Source: Narcine bancroftii
Lineage: Eukaryota
Direction of reading: 5' to 3'
DNA: 64,000 nucleotides
Assembly (NCBI RefSeq): GCF_036971445.1
Contig: NC_091469.1
Coordinates: forward strand, 278,070,001 to 278,134,000
Position numbers and translations under genes: made by a program. This document shows positions 52,300 to 64,000 of this stretch, in pieces. The notes below the pieces were generated by a model. It saw only the letters and a list, made by a program, of their open reading frames with translations. It made no database searches and was not told the DNA's origin. How positions within the stretch are numbered: the first letter of the stretch is position 1; the number at the start of each line of letters is the position of its first letter.

Positions 52300-53443
52300 A
52301 GTAAAAACACAAAATGCTGGAGAAACTCAGCAGGTCAAAGGGAAAGAATCAGAAATGACTTTTCTGGCTTGAGCCCTTCATCAAAGTATGAGAAAATGCT
52401 GGCAAGCATCCAAACCAAAGAGTGGGGGATGGGGAGGGGAGAGTGGGGTGACAAAAGTGGGAAATGATAGGTGGAGAAGGGAAAGGACAGCAGCAGAGGA
52501 GGAGGAGGGATGGCTAGGTGAGTGGAAGCCCTGGAAAGACAGGAAAGGGGGAGGGGAAAGAAAAGGAGAACAGGTTTAGTGGAAAGTAGTAAAGTCAATG
52601 TTAATGCCATCAGGCTGGAGAGTGCCCAGGTGGAAAGTAAGGTGTTGTTCCTCCAATTTGCGGGTTGTCTGGATGAGAGTGTACACAAAGCCATGGACAG
52701 ACATGTGAGTATGGGAGTGTGACTCGGAATAGAAGTGGTTGACCACTGGGAAGATGCTGTTGTTGCGAACGGTGAGGAGGTGCAAAGCGATCTCCCCAAT
52801 CTGCGACCAGTCTCTCCTATGTAGAGAGTGCCACAAAAGGAAGTATTGCTTCACTTGAAAGGCCTGTTTCGGCCCCGAACAGGGGTGAGGGTGGTGGTGT
52901 GGGCATGTGTTGCACCTCTTGCGGGCACAGGGAAAAGTGCAATGGGTGGGGAGGGATGAGTGCATGAGGGAATCACAGAGGGAGCGGTCCCTTCGGAAAG
53001 GCGAGAGGGAAGAAGGAAAAATATATCTGATGGTGGGATCCTGTAGTAAGTGCTGGAAATTCTGGTGGATAATGTGTTGGCTGCAAAGCCTGGTGGGGTG
53101 GTAGGTGAGGATGAGGGGGATTCTATGTTTGTTGCGTCTGTGGGCAGAGGAGGCCAGGGCAGATGAGTGGGAAATGGAGGCAATGCAGGTGAGGGCTGAG
53201 CCAATAGTGGTGGAGAGGAAGCCACTTTTATGGAAGAAGGCAGACATTTTGGAAGATCTGGAATGGAGAACCTCATCTTGGGAACAGATGCAGTGAAGAT
53301 GGAGAAATTGAGAGAAGGGGATGGAATCCTTGCAGGGGGTGAGAAGTGCTGTCCAGGTAGTTGTGGGAGTTGGAGGGTTTGTTGTATTTGCCAATGGAAA
53401 GCTTGTCTCCTAATATGGAGGCAGAGAGATCCAAGAAGGGTAG
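52300..53443 (-). mobile_element. Penelope-like element, RT C-terminus + GIY-YIG + tail (3' part)
   Basis: FLDLS..KPSNSHNYLD..KDSIPFSQFL..IPLILTYHP..CARKRCNTC..RKLEEQHL; frameshifted; continues after the Gypsy insertion. Confidence 0.88.
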
Positions 53444-56400
53444 TGTCATGATAATGAATATGTATGAGATATACCGGAAGTCACGTGGTATGAGAGGGAG
53501 ATAAGAACAAAAGCAGGAGAACAAAGGAAACGGGAAAATAAAGCCACTGAGAAGTTTACCTGATAAAACTTGTGTTTAATGTTTTATTAACTTCACATTT
53601 CGGGCCACAAATGTGACATTGGCGACGAGGATGGGATAAGCTTGAAGAAAATTAAAGACTAAACAAGATTACAGAGGATTACAGACAACTTCAAGGTGAT
53701 AAGAATTTTCTCTTTGACTCAGTACATTTGGGGCTGGAATATTTCCTCATGGCTGGTGCAAATGGTGACTTTCTAACACATAGTGGAATTGCTCATTTTG
53801 ACCCGACTGGTGATGCAAGCACTCTAAGTGTGAAGTGGAAGGCATGGCTGGAAGAATTTGAATCCTACGCCGAAAGTCGTGGCCTATTTCTAGATACCGG
53901 TACAGTTGAACAAAAAGCGCAGAGAAGGGCGTTACTTCTTTTCATTGCGGGACCTGCAGTTCGGGAAACATTTAAAACACTTTTGAACACAGGAAGAAAG
54001 GATGAGTACCAGAAAGCGGTAGATGCATTAAATGCACACTATGTAATGACACCGAATGCTACATTTCAACGCCATTTGTTTCGGAGAACGAGACAAGAAG
54101 ATGGCCAGACAATTGCTCAGTACGTGACGAGACTACGCCAGCTAGCTGTTGGATGCAATTACATACCAGCTGATTTGGACAACCAATTATTGGATCAAGT
54201 CGTACAGCACTGCAGATCAGATAAACTCAGAAGACGTCTACTGGAAAGAGGGAGTGAGTTGGAACTCACCGATGCTTTAACCATTGCTGCTGCATTAGAG
54301 GCTGTTGAAGGGCAATTTCATACCATGACCCTGAAAGACAACTCAAGCCAGCAAATTAAGAGGCTCTCACATCGCCATAACCAGCCAAGATATACGTCGA
54401 CACAGGACGTGGAGTGTTATCGATGTGGAAACCGAGGTCACTTTGGAAAAGACCCATATTGCCCGGCCAAAAGCAAAGTTTGCAGAAAGTGTGGAGGTAA
54501 GGACCACTTTGCAAAGAAGTGCAAAAGCAAGTCTAATGCAGACCAGAAGAAGAAGAGTGCAACTTCCAAAGGCAAAGCCTGGGGGAAAGGAAAGTATCCT
54601 GGAAAGAAAGATACCATTCGCCAGATAGACGGTGACGATGATGATACCCAGGAGAAACAGAGTTGTTACCAATTCACGTTGAATGAAGTACATCATGAGA
54701 AGGTCCCAGTGATCATTGGTGGAGTGACAGTGCAGGTCATTGTAGACTCAGGCAGTGACAGTAATGTGATTGATCGACATTTATGGGAGAAGTTGAAAAG
54801 GAAAAAGATCATCTGTACCTCAAAGAAGTGTTCCAAGAAACTGTATCCATACACAGCAACTAAGCCATTGCAGACCATTGGATGTTTTACTGCAACTGTT
54901 GAAGCTGGAGATAAGTACACCGAAGCAGAGTTTATGGTCATAGAAGAGAGGGGAGAACCATTGCTGAGTAGAAGCACAGCGCAAGACCTGGCAATACTTC
55001 ATATTGGAGCTTGTGTCAATTCAATTCAGTCATACGAGGATATGAAGCATGAATTCCCCGCAGTCTTCCAAGGAGTAGGAAAGCTGAAAGGTCGACAATT
55101 GAAGCTAGCGGTAGATGAAACAGTCAAACCCAAGGCACAACCAATGCGCCGAACTCCGTTTGGACTTCGTGGGAAAGTCGAAGCCAAAATTAAAGAATTG
55201 ATCGAACAAGACATTATTGAACCTGTGGAACATTCGACGCAATGGGTCAGCCCAGTAGTGATTGTGCCCAAACCAAAGGGTGACATAAGACTATGTGTTG
55301 ACATGAGAATGGCCAATGAAGCTATAATTAGAGAACAACACCCTATACCAACAGTGGAGGAAATACTTCAAGAACTAACTACCAGCAAGGTATTCTCAAA
55401 AATTGATCTGAAATGGGGCTATCATCAATTAGAGCTGGATCCAGGTTCCCGAGGTGTGACAACATTTGTGACTCACAGTGGATTGTATCGTTACAAGAGA
55501 CTATCATTTGGAATTAATGCAGCTTCGGAGATCTACCAGTATGAAATCCATCGAGTGATTTAAGGCATTCCTGGAGTTGCCAACATTTCTGATGACATCA
55601 TAGTCCATGCACCAACGAAGGAAGAGCATGACAAACGGTTGAGGCGTGTACTATATTGACTACAGGAGGCAGGCCTTACCGTGAATGGAAACAAGTGCCA
55701 GTTCGGTGTGTCAGAAATTGACTTCATGGGACACAGACTTACACGGAAAGGACTAAACCCTGCAGAGGCCAAGGTGAAAGCTATTGCAGAGGCACGTGCA
55801 CCTCAGAACGCAACAGAGGTGAGAAGGTTCCTGGGATTGGTCAATTTTTGTGCAAAGTTCATTCCTAATTTCGCTACAGTGGCAGAACCACTAAGGAAAC
55901 TAACCAGGAAAAGTGTACCATTTCATTTTGGATCTGAGCAGCAGAAAGCGTTCACAGCGCTGAAGCAAAGCCTGACAGATGCAAAAACTCTTGGATATTA
56001 CGATCCGGCGGCATCAACCAAAGTCATAGCGGATGCCAGCCCGGTTGGTTTAGGAGCTGTGTTGGTCCAGATGCATGATGGAGGACCAAGAATCATTGCC
56101 TATGCCAGCAGATCATTATCAGATGTGGAAAGAAGATACTCTCAGACAGAGAAAGAAGCACTTGGACTTGTATGGGCCTGTGAGAGGTTCCATGCATATT
56201 TATACGGCATTGAATTTGAACTCATCACAGATCATAAGCCATTAGAGGTGATCTATGCACCTAGATCCAAACCATGTGCCAGAATAGAGAGATGGGTACT
56301 CAGACTACAACCCTACAAATATAAAGTAATCCACATTGCAGGAAAAGCAAACATTGCTGATCCGCTGTCCAGATTGGTGAAGGTTGGTGGTCCACAATCC

Positions 56401-58198
56401 AAGTCAGAATTGGGAACAGAAATAGAGAGCTTTGTATGCTTCGTAGCTATTCAGGCGACACCGAAAGCTGTGACTACGAAGGAAGTCGAGAGAGAATCCA
56501 AACATGATCCAGAACTCATGGAAGTAAGAGAATGCATACAGAGTGGACAATGGGACAAGTGTACTCACAAGGCTTACATTCCCATTAGAGACGAACTTTG
56601 TTGCATCGGACAGTGTGTATTGAGAGGTTGCAGATTGGTGATACCGCAAAGATTGAGACCGAAGATCGTATCCTTAGCGCATGAAGGACACCTAGGTATT
56701 GTTGGTACCAAGCAAAACCTCAGGACCAAGGTATGGTGGCCAGGTTGTGATAAAGACGCAGAGAAATTTGTTAAAACTTGTCACGGATGTCAAATCACAA
56801 GTAGGAGTAATCCGCCAGAACTGATCCGGAGTACGCAACTCCCGACAGGACCATGGATCGACGTAGCTGTTGATTTTCTTGGACCTTTACTGACGGGTGA
56901 ATCAATTATGGTAGTGATAGATGACTACAGCAGATACTATGAGTACGTGGTGTTGAAGTCCACAACCACTGAAAAAACAATACAAGCGTTATCAGAGATA
57001 TTCGCAAGATATGGATTACCTGTTACATTATACTCTGACAATGGTCCACAATTCATTTCAGAGACATTTGCGGAATACATGAGGACCACAGGTATCCACC
57101 ATCATAAAGTAACTCCGAAATGGCCACAAGCCAACGGAGAAGTAGAGAGACAAAATCAATCCATTGAAAAACGATTGAGGATTGCACACGCAGAAGGACA
57201 AAATTGGCGAGAAGCATTGCTATCTTATGTGGCTGTCTATCGAGCAACGCCTCATGCAACCACTGGAAAAAGTCCTGCAAAAGCATTTTTGGGAGAAAAA
57301 TCCGCACAAAAATGCCAGAAATAAAGGAAATCCGAGACGACCAGGAGATGAGGGACCACGATGCTGAAAAGAAAGGTGCAGCAAAGCTGTACACACATTC
57401 GAAACGTGGAGCCAAGTACTCAGACATCATGCCAGGAGATAATGTTCTAGTGAGGCATGAAACTGGTGGTAAGCTAGACACACCTTATTACCATCAACCC
57501 TATACTGTCGTATCCAGAAGTGGCAGTATGGTGACAGTCAAGTCTCCGACTGGAGTCCTGTATAAGAGAAATGTATCAGGTGTAAAAAGGTACCAGTCCA
57601 GAGATACATCGAGCGAAGGGGTTGAAAGGCCAATATGAGATGCTGAAACTGAGAGACCTGATGATGTTCCAGAGGCAGTTACCAGCACTCCTGATGAAGT
57701 GACTAGAGCGGCAGAAACACCCGAAGCCGTGGTGAGCAGTATTGCCGACGCTGAGAGTGAACGACCGAGAAGCGACGACAATATTGCAGGCAGGCCGAAA
57801 CGAAACCGGAAAGTGCCCAAACGATACGAAGACTTTGTGCCATAGTTTTAATAAGAACTTTGGGACAGTATTTTAATCTTATATCATAAAGTGCATGTAT
57901 GAGTGTTGTAGGAAGTAAATTTTATGTAGTTGAGTTATAGTATTACCATTAGTTATGATGTTTGTATGTTTCCGAGGGATATTGGTAAGTGAAGGTAAAG
58001 TTTATTTCTGATTAAAGGAGGGATGTCATGATAATGAATATGTATGAGATATACCGGAAGTCACGTGGTATGAGAGAGAGATAAGAACACAAGCAGGAGA
58101 ACAAAGGAAACGGGAAAATAAAGCCACTGAGAAGTTTACCTGATAAAACTTGTGTTTAATGTTTTATTAACTTCACATTTCAGGCCACAAATGTGACA
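53444..58198 (+). mobile_element. Full-length Ty3/Gypsy (Mag-like) LTR retrotransposon, copy 2
   Basis: 175-bp LTRs at 53444-53618 and 58024-58198 (3 mismatches); TSD GGTAG; 18-nt PBS; PPT; gag-PR-RT-RH-IN with HHCC and DDE motifs. Confidence 0.97.
53749..57845 (+). pseudogene. gag-pol of Gypsy copy 2 with premature stops and a frameshift
   Basis: Stops at 55561, about 55657 and 57636; frameshift at about 57290; otherwise one continuous polyprotein. Confidence 0.9.
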
Positions 58199-58203
58199 GG
58201 TAG

Positions 58204-58410
58204 GTGGGGGGGGGGGGGGGTGGGGGAGTGTTGTCAGAAATAGACCAGGTGAGTATGAGATCAGGGTAGAGGTTGGCTGCCAAGTGGATGAAGTTGACAA
58301 GCTCATTGAGGTTGCATGAGGCAGCCCCGATGTAGTCGTGGATATACCGGAGGAAGAGTTGAGGGGTCTTGCTTGTATAGACTTGCAGTGTGGATTTCTC
58401 CACAAAGGTG
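58204..58410 (-). mobile_element. Penelope-like RT fragment (5' part, upstream of the Gypsy insertion)
   Basis: PQLFLRYIHDYIGAAS..LVNFIHLAANLYPDLILTWSISDNT is the RYIDD region, collinear with 53443 and below. Confidence 0.8.
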
Positions 58411-58439
58411 CAGCAGTATCTTCAAAATCTTGGGATAGA

Positions 58440-58890
58440 ATTTGAAAAATAACATAATCACAAAATAGTGATAAGGTGAATGGACGAGATGGAATAGTAT
58501 CGCCAGTGAACAAGTAGGCACTGTTGTTGTCATACTGAGCCACACGGTCATAGGTGTAAAGTGGTTAAGAACACGGCCTTGTGGTGGTTCAGTACTGATG
58601 AAGGGGATGTTCTTACAAATCCTCACTGATGGTGGTGTGGAGGTGAGGAAGTTTCGGATCCAATTACACAGTGGATGAGTCCCAGATCTTGGAGCTTGCT
58701 GATCAATTTTGAGCGGATCGTGCTGAACTAGGGCATAAAGAACAACCTGATGTATGCATCCTTGCTGTCCAGGTGTTCCAGGGCTTTGTGTGGAGCCAGT
58801 GAGATGGCATCCGTCGTAAAGCTGTTGCTATGATAGGTGAATTGGATCTGATCCATGTCGCTGCTCTGACAGGAGCTGATCTGCCTTTGT
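58440..58890 (-). mobile_element. Rex/Babar-like LINE RT fragment
   Basis: ISTEPPQGRVLNH..DNNSA and related RT motifs on the minus strand. Confidence 0.55.
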
Positions 58891-59361
58891 ATCTAAAAGA
58901 TCCTTTGTGGATGTGCAGTCTTATTTAAGTACATTTAAAATCAAGCTGTGGGGATTACAACACGAACTTGACCAGGCATGTGATCACAGCTGAAATGAAC
59001 GTTAATAAAACCATCTTCAACCTCACAGCTGCAGGCAGCTGAACGGTATAACTGGATACATCCACTTAAATTAACATTTATATGAAATAACAAATAAACT
59101 TCACTGACAACTGTTAGGTAGTAGGCGACATTAACTGGCTGGCTGACAATTTTTTATTGAATGCGGTTGTTTATATTATTTTTAAGATAGGCAAGGACCT
59201 CTTCATTCTGGAGCAGACCTCTTGAACATCCCCAGGAAACACAGCACCCGCGACACCGCTGCACAACTTCTGCAACAATGTAACATTCCCCAACTTTGCC
59301 ACATGTCATTCCCATTCACAAGGTACCAATGAAGTACAGAAAGTGCACCGATAACGCCTAC

Positions 59362-59530
59362 CTCGCCACAACCTGGCATTGCAACCCCACTCCGTCAGGA
59401 ACAGACCTTCCTGCCCACCGTGTCAATCAAAATGACATTTCCCGAAGTGCAGCAGAAATCAACCAGGCGCAAACTCGAAGTGACGTGACGGCAGTCATGA
59501 GCGCATGCGCGGTCGTTCATGCCTGCCTGG
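59362..59530 (-). promoter_or_regulatory. AKIP1 promoter and probable non-coding exon 1; likely bidirectional
   Basis: NRF1 palindrome GCGCATGCGC (59501-59510), TGACGTGACG CRE-like sites, CpG-rich; minus-strand donor GAG|GTAGGC at 59362; plus-strand donors at about 59639 and 59682. Confidence 0.6.
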
Positions 59531-61737
59531 CATAGCTGCTTGTCTTGAAGTCTCCAGATTTTAAAGGTTAATTTCTCAAAAAGGGCAGGAAACAAAACTA
59601 CTCTCTGTCTCATTTCTTTTTTTAGTCTTACAGATGAGGTAAAGAATATGTACCCCACCCAATTAGTTATTGTCCAGTCAGGTAAGCAGGTAGTTGTTGA
59701 GTGAAGTTGCATGGTGGGAGAAGGTGTGGGCAGGAGTCATGTGAAAGCATTCAATTCGTCAAGATTCTTAACTTGCACCGTAAAATAATTAATTTCCATA
59801 AAATATCATCTTTAAGATTTGGATATTCTGTTAAAGTGACAGCTTTTTAAAAGTCCTTTGGACTTATTTGAGAGAGTGGCTATGTTAGCTAAGGATAGCA
59901 GGCTTCATATACTTTTAAACTTTTTTTGGGCTTATTGCATGGTCAAAAAGTTTCAGCGTTAAAGGTTCCTGTTTCATTGGCAAATACCGCTGTTATTTTG
60001 TATTGGTAACGTGGAACAATAAGGAAACGGGTAAATTATTTAATCGTTATAGGAGCAGGTGATTGTAGATTTTCTGACAAGATGTTGGGATTCATGCACA
60101 TTCATGTAGAATAGGGAGAAGATCTTGCCCTTTTAATATTAAATCCTTTCATTTATGTGATGTCACGTCTGTACTCTGACAATAAATCTGAAATTGCATT
60201 TAATCTGCGGTAAGGCAGAAATAGCCAGCTGCCCCTCACAATCAGAGTCCAGCGATTCGGCTCCAGCACTCACGCAGCCAGAGACTTGTCCAAACCATGG
60301 GAAACCCGAGCTGCAGACCCGAACCTCCGACTCGAGATCTTCTGGCTAATTATCGTCCAAAGTATTGATGGCCAGCATTGTGAAGGAAGTTGATGTCAAC
60401 AGTGTTGGGACATAGCACTTATTCACCAATAGTGCATGCCACATTTCCCCAAACACACTTGGTTCAGTTTCATCCAAATTCGGGACAAGAACTGAACCCC
60501 TCAGATCTCTCTGCCTCCAAATTAGGAGACAAGCTTTCCATTGGCAAATACAACAAACCCTCCAACTCCCACAACTACCTGGACAGCACTTCTCACCCCC
60601 CTGAAATTGACTTTTTTTTGGTTTCAAAGATCTTCAGTAAAACAAAGTGATGGGAATGAAGAGGGAAAATTCTCCACTGACGGGGTGTGGCAATGCACAA
60701 GAAAGGTGGACATGTCTGCTGACGGTCAGTCAAAGCAGCTTGAGGAGTCACTGCAATTCCTCAGGGCAGCGAACTCGGTGACAAGACGCACACCATCTTT
60801 TTTTCATTGTCAATGGGTCCAAAACTTGAATCCCCTCATCAGCACTGCGGAGTTCTTCCATCAGATAGACTGCAGCTGTGTTCATCGGAGCACTTAGAAA
60901 AAGGCAGTAATTGGCTCATTGGTCGCACCGGTGAAACGAATGAAAATAAGTACGTGAAAATTACAAACTCCACCGCGAGCTACCATGATCACGCAAAAGA
61001 ACCCAAAGCTCAATGCCCAATCCATAAAAAAAATGAAGGGTAAATCAAAGCAAGAACTTCCGACACATAACGTCAGTATTCTACTTTAGCATCAACCATC
61101 CACAAGATGGGAAAAATTGTAAGGCACCTCAGTTAATCGGAGAAGCAGTTGGTTGAGAAAGTGATGGGGACCATTGGATTGGAGTCAGGTGGCAATGAGA
61201 CTATTTGGCCGGCGAAACGCACTTGGATTGTGATTCTGCTTTGGTGTTGGGGGAGTCCGACCACTGGATGGCTCCCTCTCCACATGCTCCGGTAATGAGA
61301 TAGATTTTTTTGCAATATCCCAGGTGAAGGTTATCGCGGTTGAAAGCAACCAATTTCAATGGTCGTGGCTGCTAAAAGCAGTGTTTTCGGTGATCCAATC
61401 GGAAAATAGACCTTTATATTGGCAGGCATAGGACTTTTTCGAGAAAGCCTGCTTCCTCAATTCAACATTACAGACTTCAAATCCAATCCATCACTGGAGA
61501 AGATCACAAGTTTACAAGCAGCTGATGTATTATTCCGATCAAGGCTTTCTTTGGTTACAAGGGGAACTAATATTATTAGTTTAATCGCTCAGAGTCTGGA
61601 ACGATTCGGACACGTTCAACTTCTTTTAAAGGGATTGCAACAACATTATTAACACATCTCTCGCCTTAAGAGAGCGTGTTGTTCCCTGCGCTTTGTGTGT
61701 AACGAAATAATGAATACATCCGCCCAACCTCCGCTCC

Positions 61738-62046
61738 CTATATAAAAAAAACTGACTATTGTCTTCACGACTTTGACCTCACTGAGCGACAGGAATCGCT
61801 CTTCTTGATTATCACTCACATTGGGACGAGCTGTCCTCCTCGACATTGCCGCTTTCGACTTTACTCGTTTTGAAAATTCACATCAATAAACAGGAGCTCC
61901 ATCATCATTTCCGGCGACTTTACCATTCTTTCCCGAAAAAAAAGCCCTCTGGAGCAGAATCGGCCAGAGGGGCTGCCTTCACAACAACCATCGGAAAAGT
62001 TATCCCTGCCAAAATTGGCAAGTTTTTCCAAAACTGAAATGCATGG
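61738..62046 (+). promoter_or_regulatory. Candidate TATA promoter and first exon of a plus-strand gene continuing beyond the window (DENND2B/ST5 by synteny, inferred)
   Basis: TATATAAAA at about 61739, CpG-rich exon-like stretch, strong donor ATG|GTAAGA at about 62046. Confidence 0.35.
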
Positions 62047-64000
62047 TAAGAAGCAATGTCTACATTTTAACCTTTATAAAACTTCCCACGTGTGAACTGC
62101 AACTTTGTTGAATATGATTCTTTTAAATGGAATATTTCTGAAAAGTTTGGGTCTGTAGTTATTGGTTATGTTGTTAGTAAGTGTATTATCAAACTACATC
62201 TCTGATCGTATACATGGTTTTCAATTGCCATTGTGTGGATTTTGGAAATCAATGTCTGGTTTAAAAACTTTGATTTTGGTGTTTTAAAAATTTTAACAAA
62301 AGGAAAAAAATAAAAACAATGCATTCACTTTGAATGGAGCGAACAAGATTTCTGTGATGGCGAGTGTGTGTGTGACGGTATGTGTCTGAATATATGTTTT
62401 ATGTGAGTTTTGTCTGATTGTGTCTCTGTGCAAGTGTTTTGGTTCCACTATGCGAGAATGTACAGGAGAGGCATTCACCTTGCTCTAAATGTGATCACTG
62501 AATTGATTGTTTTCAGACCCCGTGGGTAGGGATAGGTAATTTCTCCGCGTCAACTGGAAGATTGGATGTAATCTATACACCCTAGAGAGACCCTGCTTTC
62601 ACGTGAAATATTTGGAGGAGCAGGTCTGTGTTGGTGGGGGATTTGTCAAATTTGATAAATCGGCTACAATTTATAAAATTCATTCGTTAGCTTTACGACA
62701 AGTGAACGTTGATGTCCCATAGCTGTTTATCAGAAACAAAAAAAAAGACTAATTTCTTTATTGCCTTATGGTATCAAGAATTTACTATGGGAACAATTTC
62801 GGGTTCTAAATGGCAACTGATCACTTTGATCAGATCACTCCATTTTTTTCCTGTATATAATCATACTGTATAATAGTTAAAGATGCCATCCAATACTGCA
62901 TTGGGTAACAACTCCTGCTTTTTTTTCCTTAGTATTAAATTTGATTAAAATAATATATTAGCGAGATTATGTTGGACATAATAATCTTCCAAAGTGGATG
63001 TGACATTCCTTTTCAAATCCTAGAAAATTTATGAAACACCAAGTCTCTCCTTGGGTCAAAAAACTCTTCGATATAATCCTGCCTTTCAGCACTTGGTCTG
63101 TAAATCAATTCTTCAGGTTCACTTCCAAATGCTGTTTAATTGGATGAGGTGTTCTGCCTCTATCATCCATCCTTTCTGATAGTGAATCTCAGGCCTTTAA
63201 AAACATTTTAAAAATTTTCCCTCTGTTCTTAATTACTTTGCATTTGTGCTCCAGGTTTTAACCTCTCTGCTGAGGAAAATAAATCCTTCCTGTTTACTCT
63301 ATATAAGCTCTTCATAAATTGTATAAATTGCATTGAAGTCTCCCCTCCATTCCGAAGAAAATATTGCTATCTTATTTTGCTTGTTTTAGAGCTACAATTT
63401 TCCAGACCTGGCGACAACATTAATTTCCTCTGCACCCACCCTCGTGCAATCTCATCTTTCCTGTAATGTTGTTACCAGAACTGGAAAGATTAATCAAGCA
63501 ATAATACAACTAGTATAGTATAGTCCCAGCATTTACCTCCCTGCTATGTATGTCCTGTTATGTATCTTGATCCTTGGGGGAAAAAATCCTTTCTTCGTTC
63601 TTATTGACTTGTCTTGCTACCTTTGAATGAACAATTCTTCATCCACTTGGTCAATTTATCAACTGAAGAAATCGGGCCAAGAGTCACTTCTAATAAAAAC
63701 ACAATGCTGGAGAAGATCAACAGGTTAAACAATGCACTTTATATAGCAAAGATAAAGATACATAACCAATATTCTGGGTTGAGCCCTTCACCAAGGTATG
63801 GACAAAATGGTCCATACCATTTTTGGTCAATTCGAGAACCAATATATTTTTCAAATGTAGCTGTGTGATGATAAGTTGTTCAAAGGGTTCAAGAAGTAAC
63901 AAGTTCTCAGCACGTGTTATTAGTAAACTATAGCCTTTATTTACATGCGGGTGAATTGACAACAGGGAACAGACTCAAATGGACAATAACACACAAATCA

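Noticed and set aside
1-64000. CRISPR arrays, prokaryotic defence systems, rRNA or bona fide tRNA genes
   Set aside because: Eukaryotic intron-exon DNA; no repeat-spacer array seen, and tRNA-like motifs belong to SINEs or PBS

Overview
Vertebrate genomic DNA, most likely from a cartilaginous fish (ray or shark; inferred from the repeat content: V-SINEs, Penelope-like, Rex/Babar-like, RTE and CR1 elements). The window holds the block syntenic to human 11p15.4. It has a single-coding-exon achaete-scute bHLH gene (ASCL3 by position, 5008-5616, +) and a 10-coding-exon C11orf16/DUF4537 gene (12861-44696, +, about 824 aa) that carries an extra N-terminal von Willebrand A domain. A convergent AKIP1 gene lies on the minus strand (CDS 50886-46872), with a CpG-rich promoter near 59.5 kb that is probably shared with a divergent gene (DENND2B/ST5 by synteny). 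Introns are packed with transposons: two recent, oppositely oriented copies of one Mag-like Ty3/Gypsy element (13544-17471 minus; 53444-58198 plus), young RTE LINEs, Penelope-like fragments, solo LTRs, hAT MITEs and older LINE remnants. There is one assembly gap (43092-43482). Gene models were built by eye from splice sites, reading-frame phase and recalled protein similarity; no database search was run. No wholly new biological system is demonstrated; the best candidate for novelty is the vWA-DUF4537-coiled-coil C11orf16 form with an RFX-like promoter motif.
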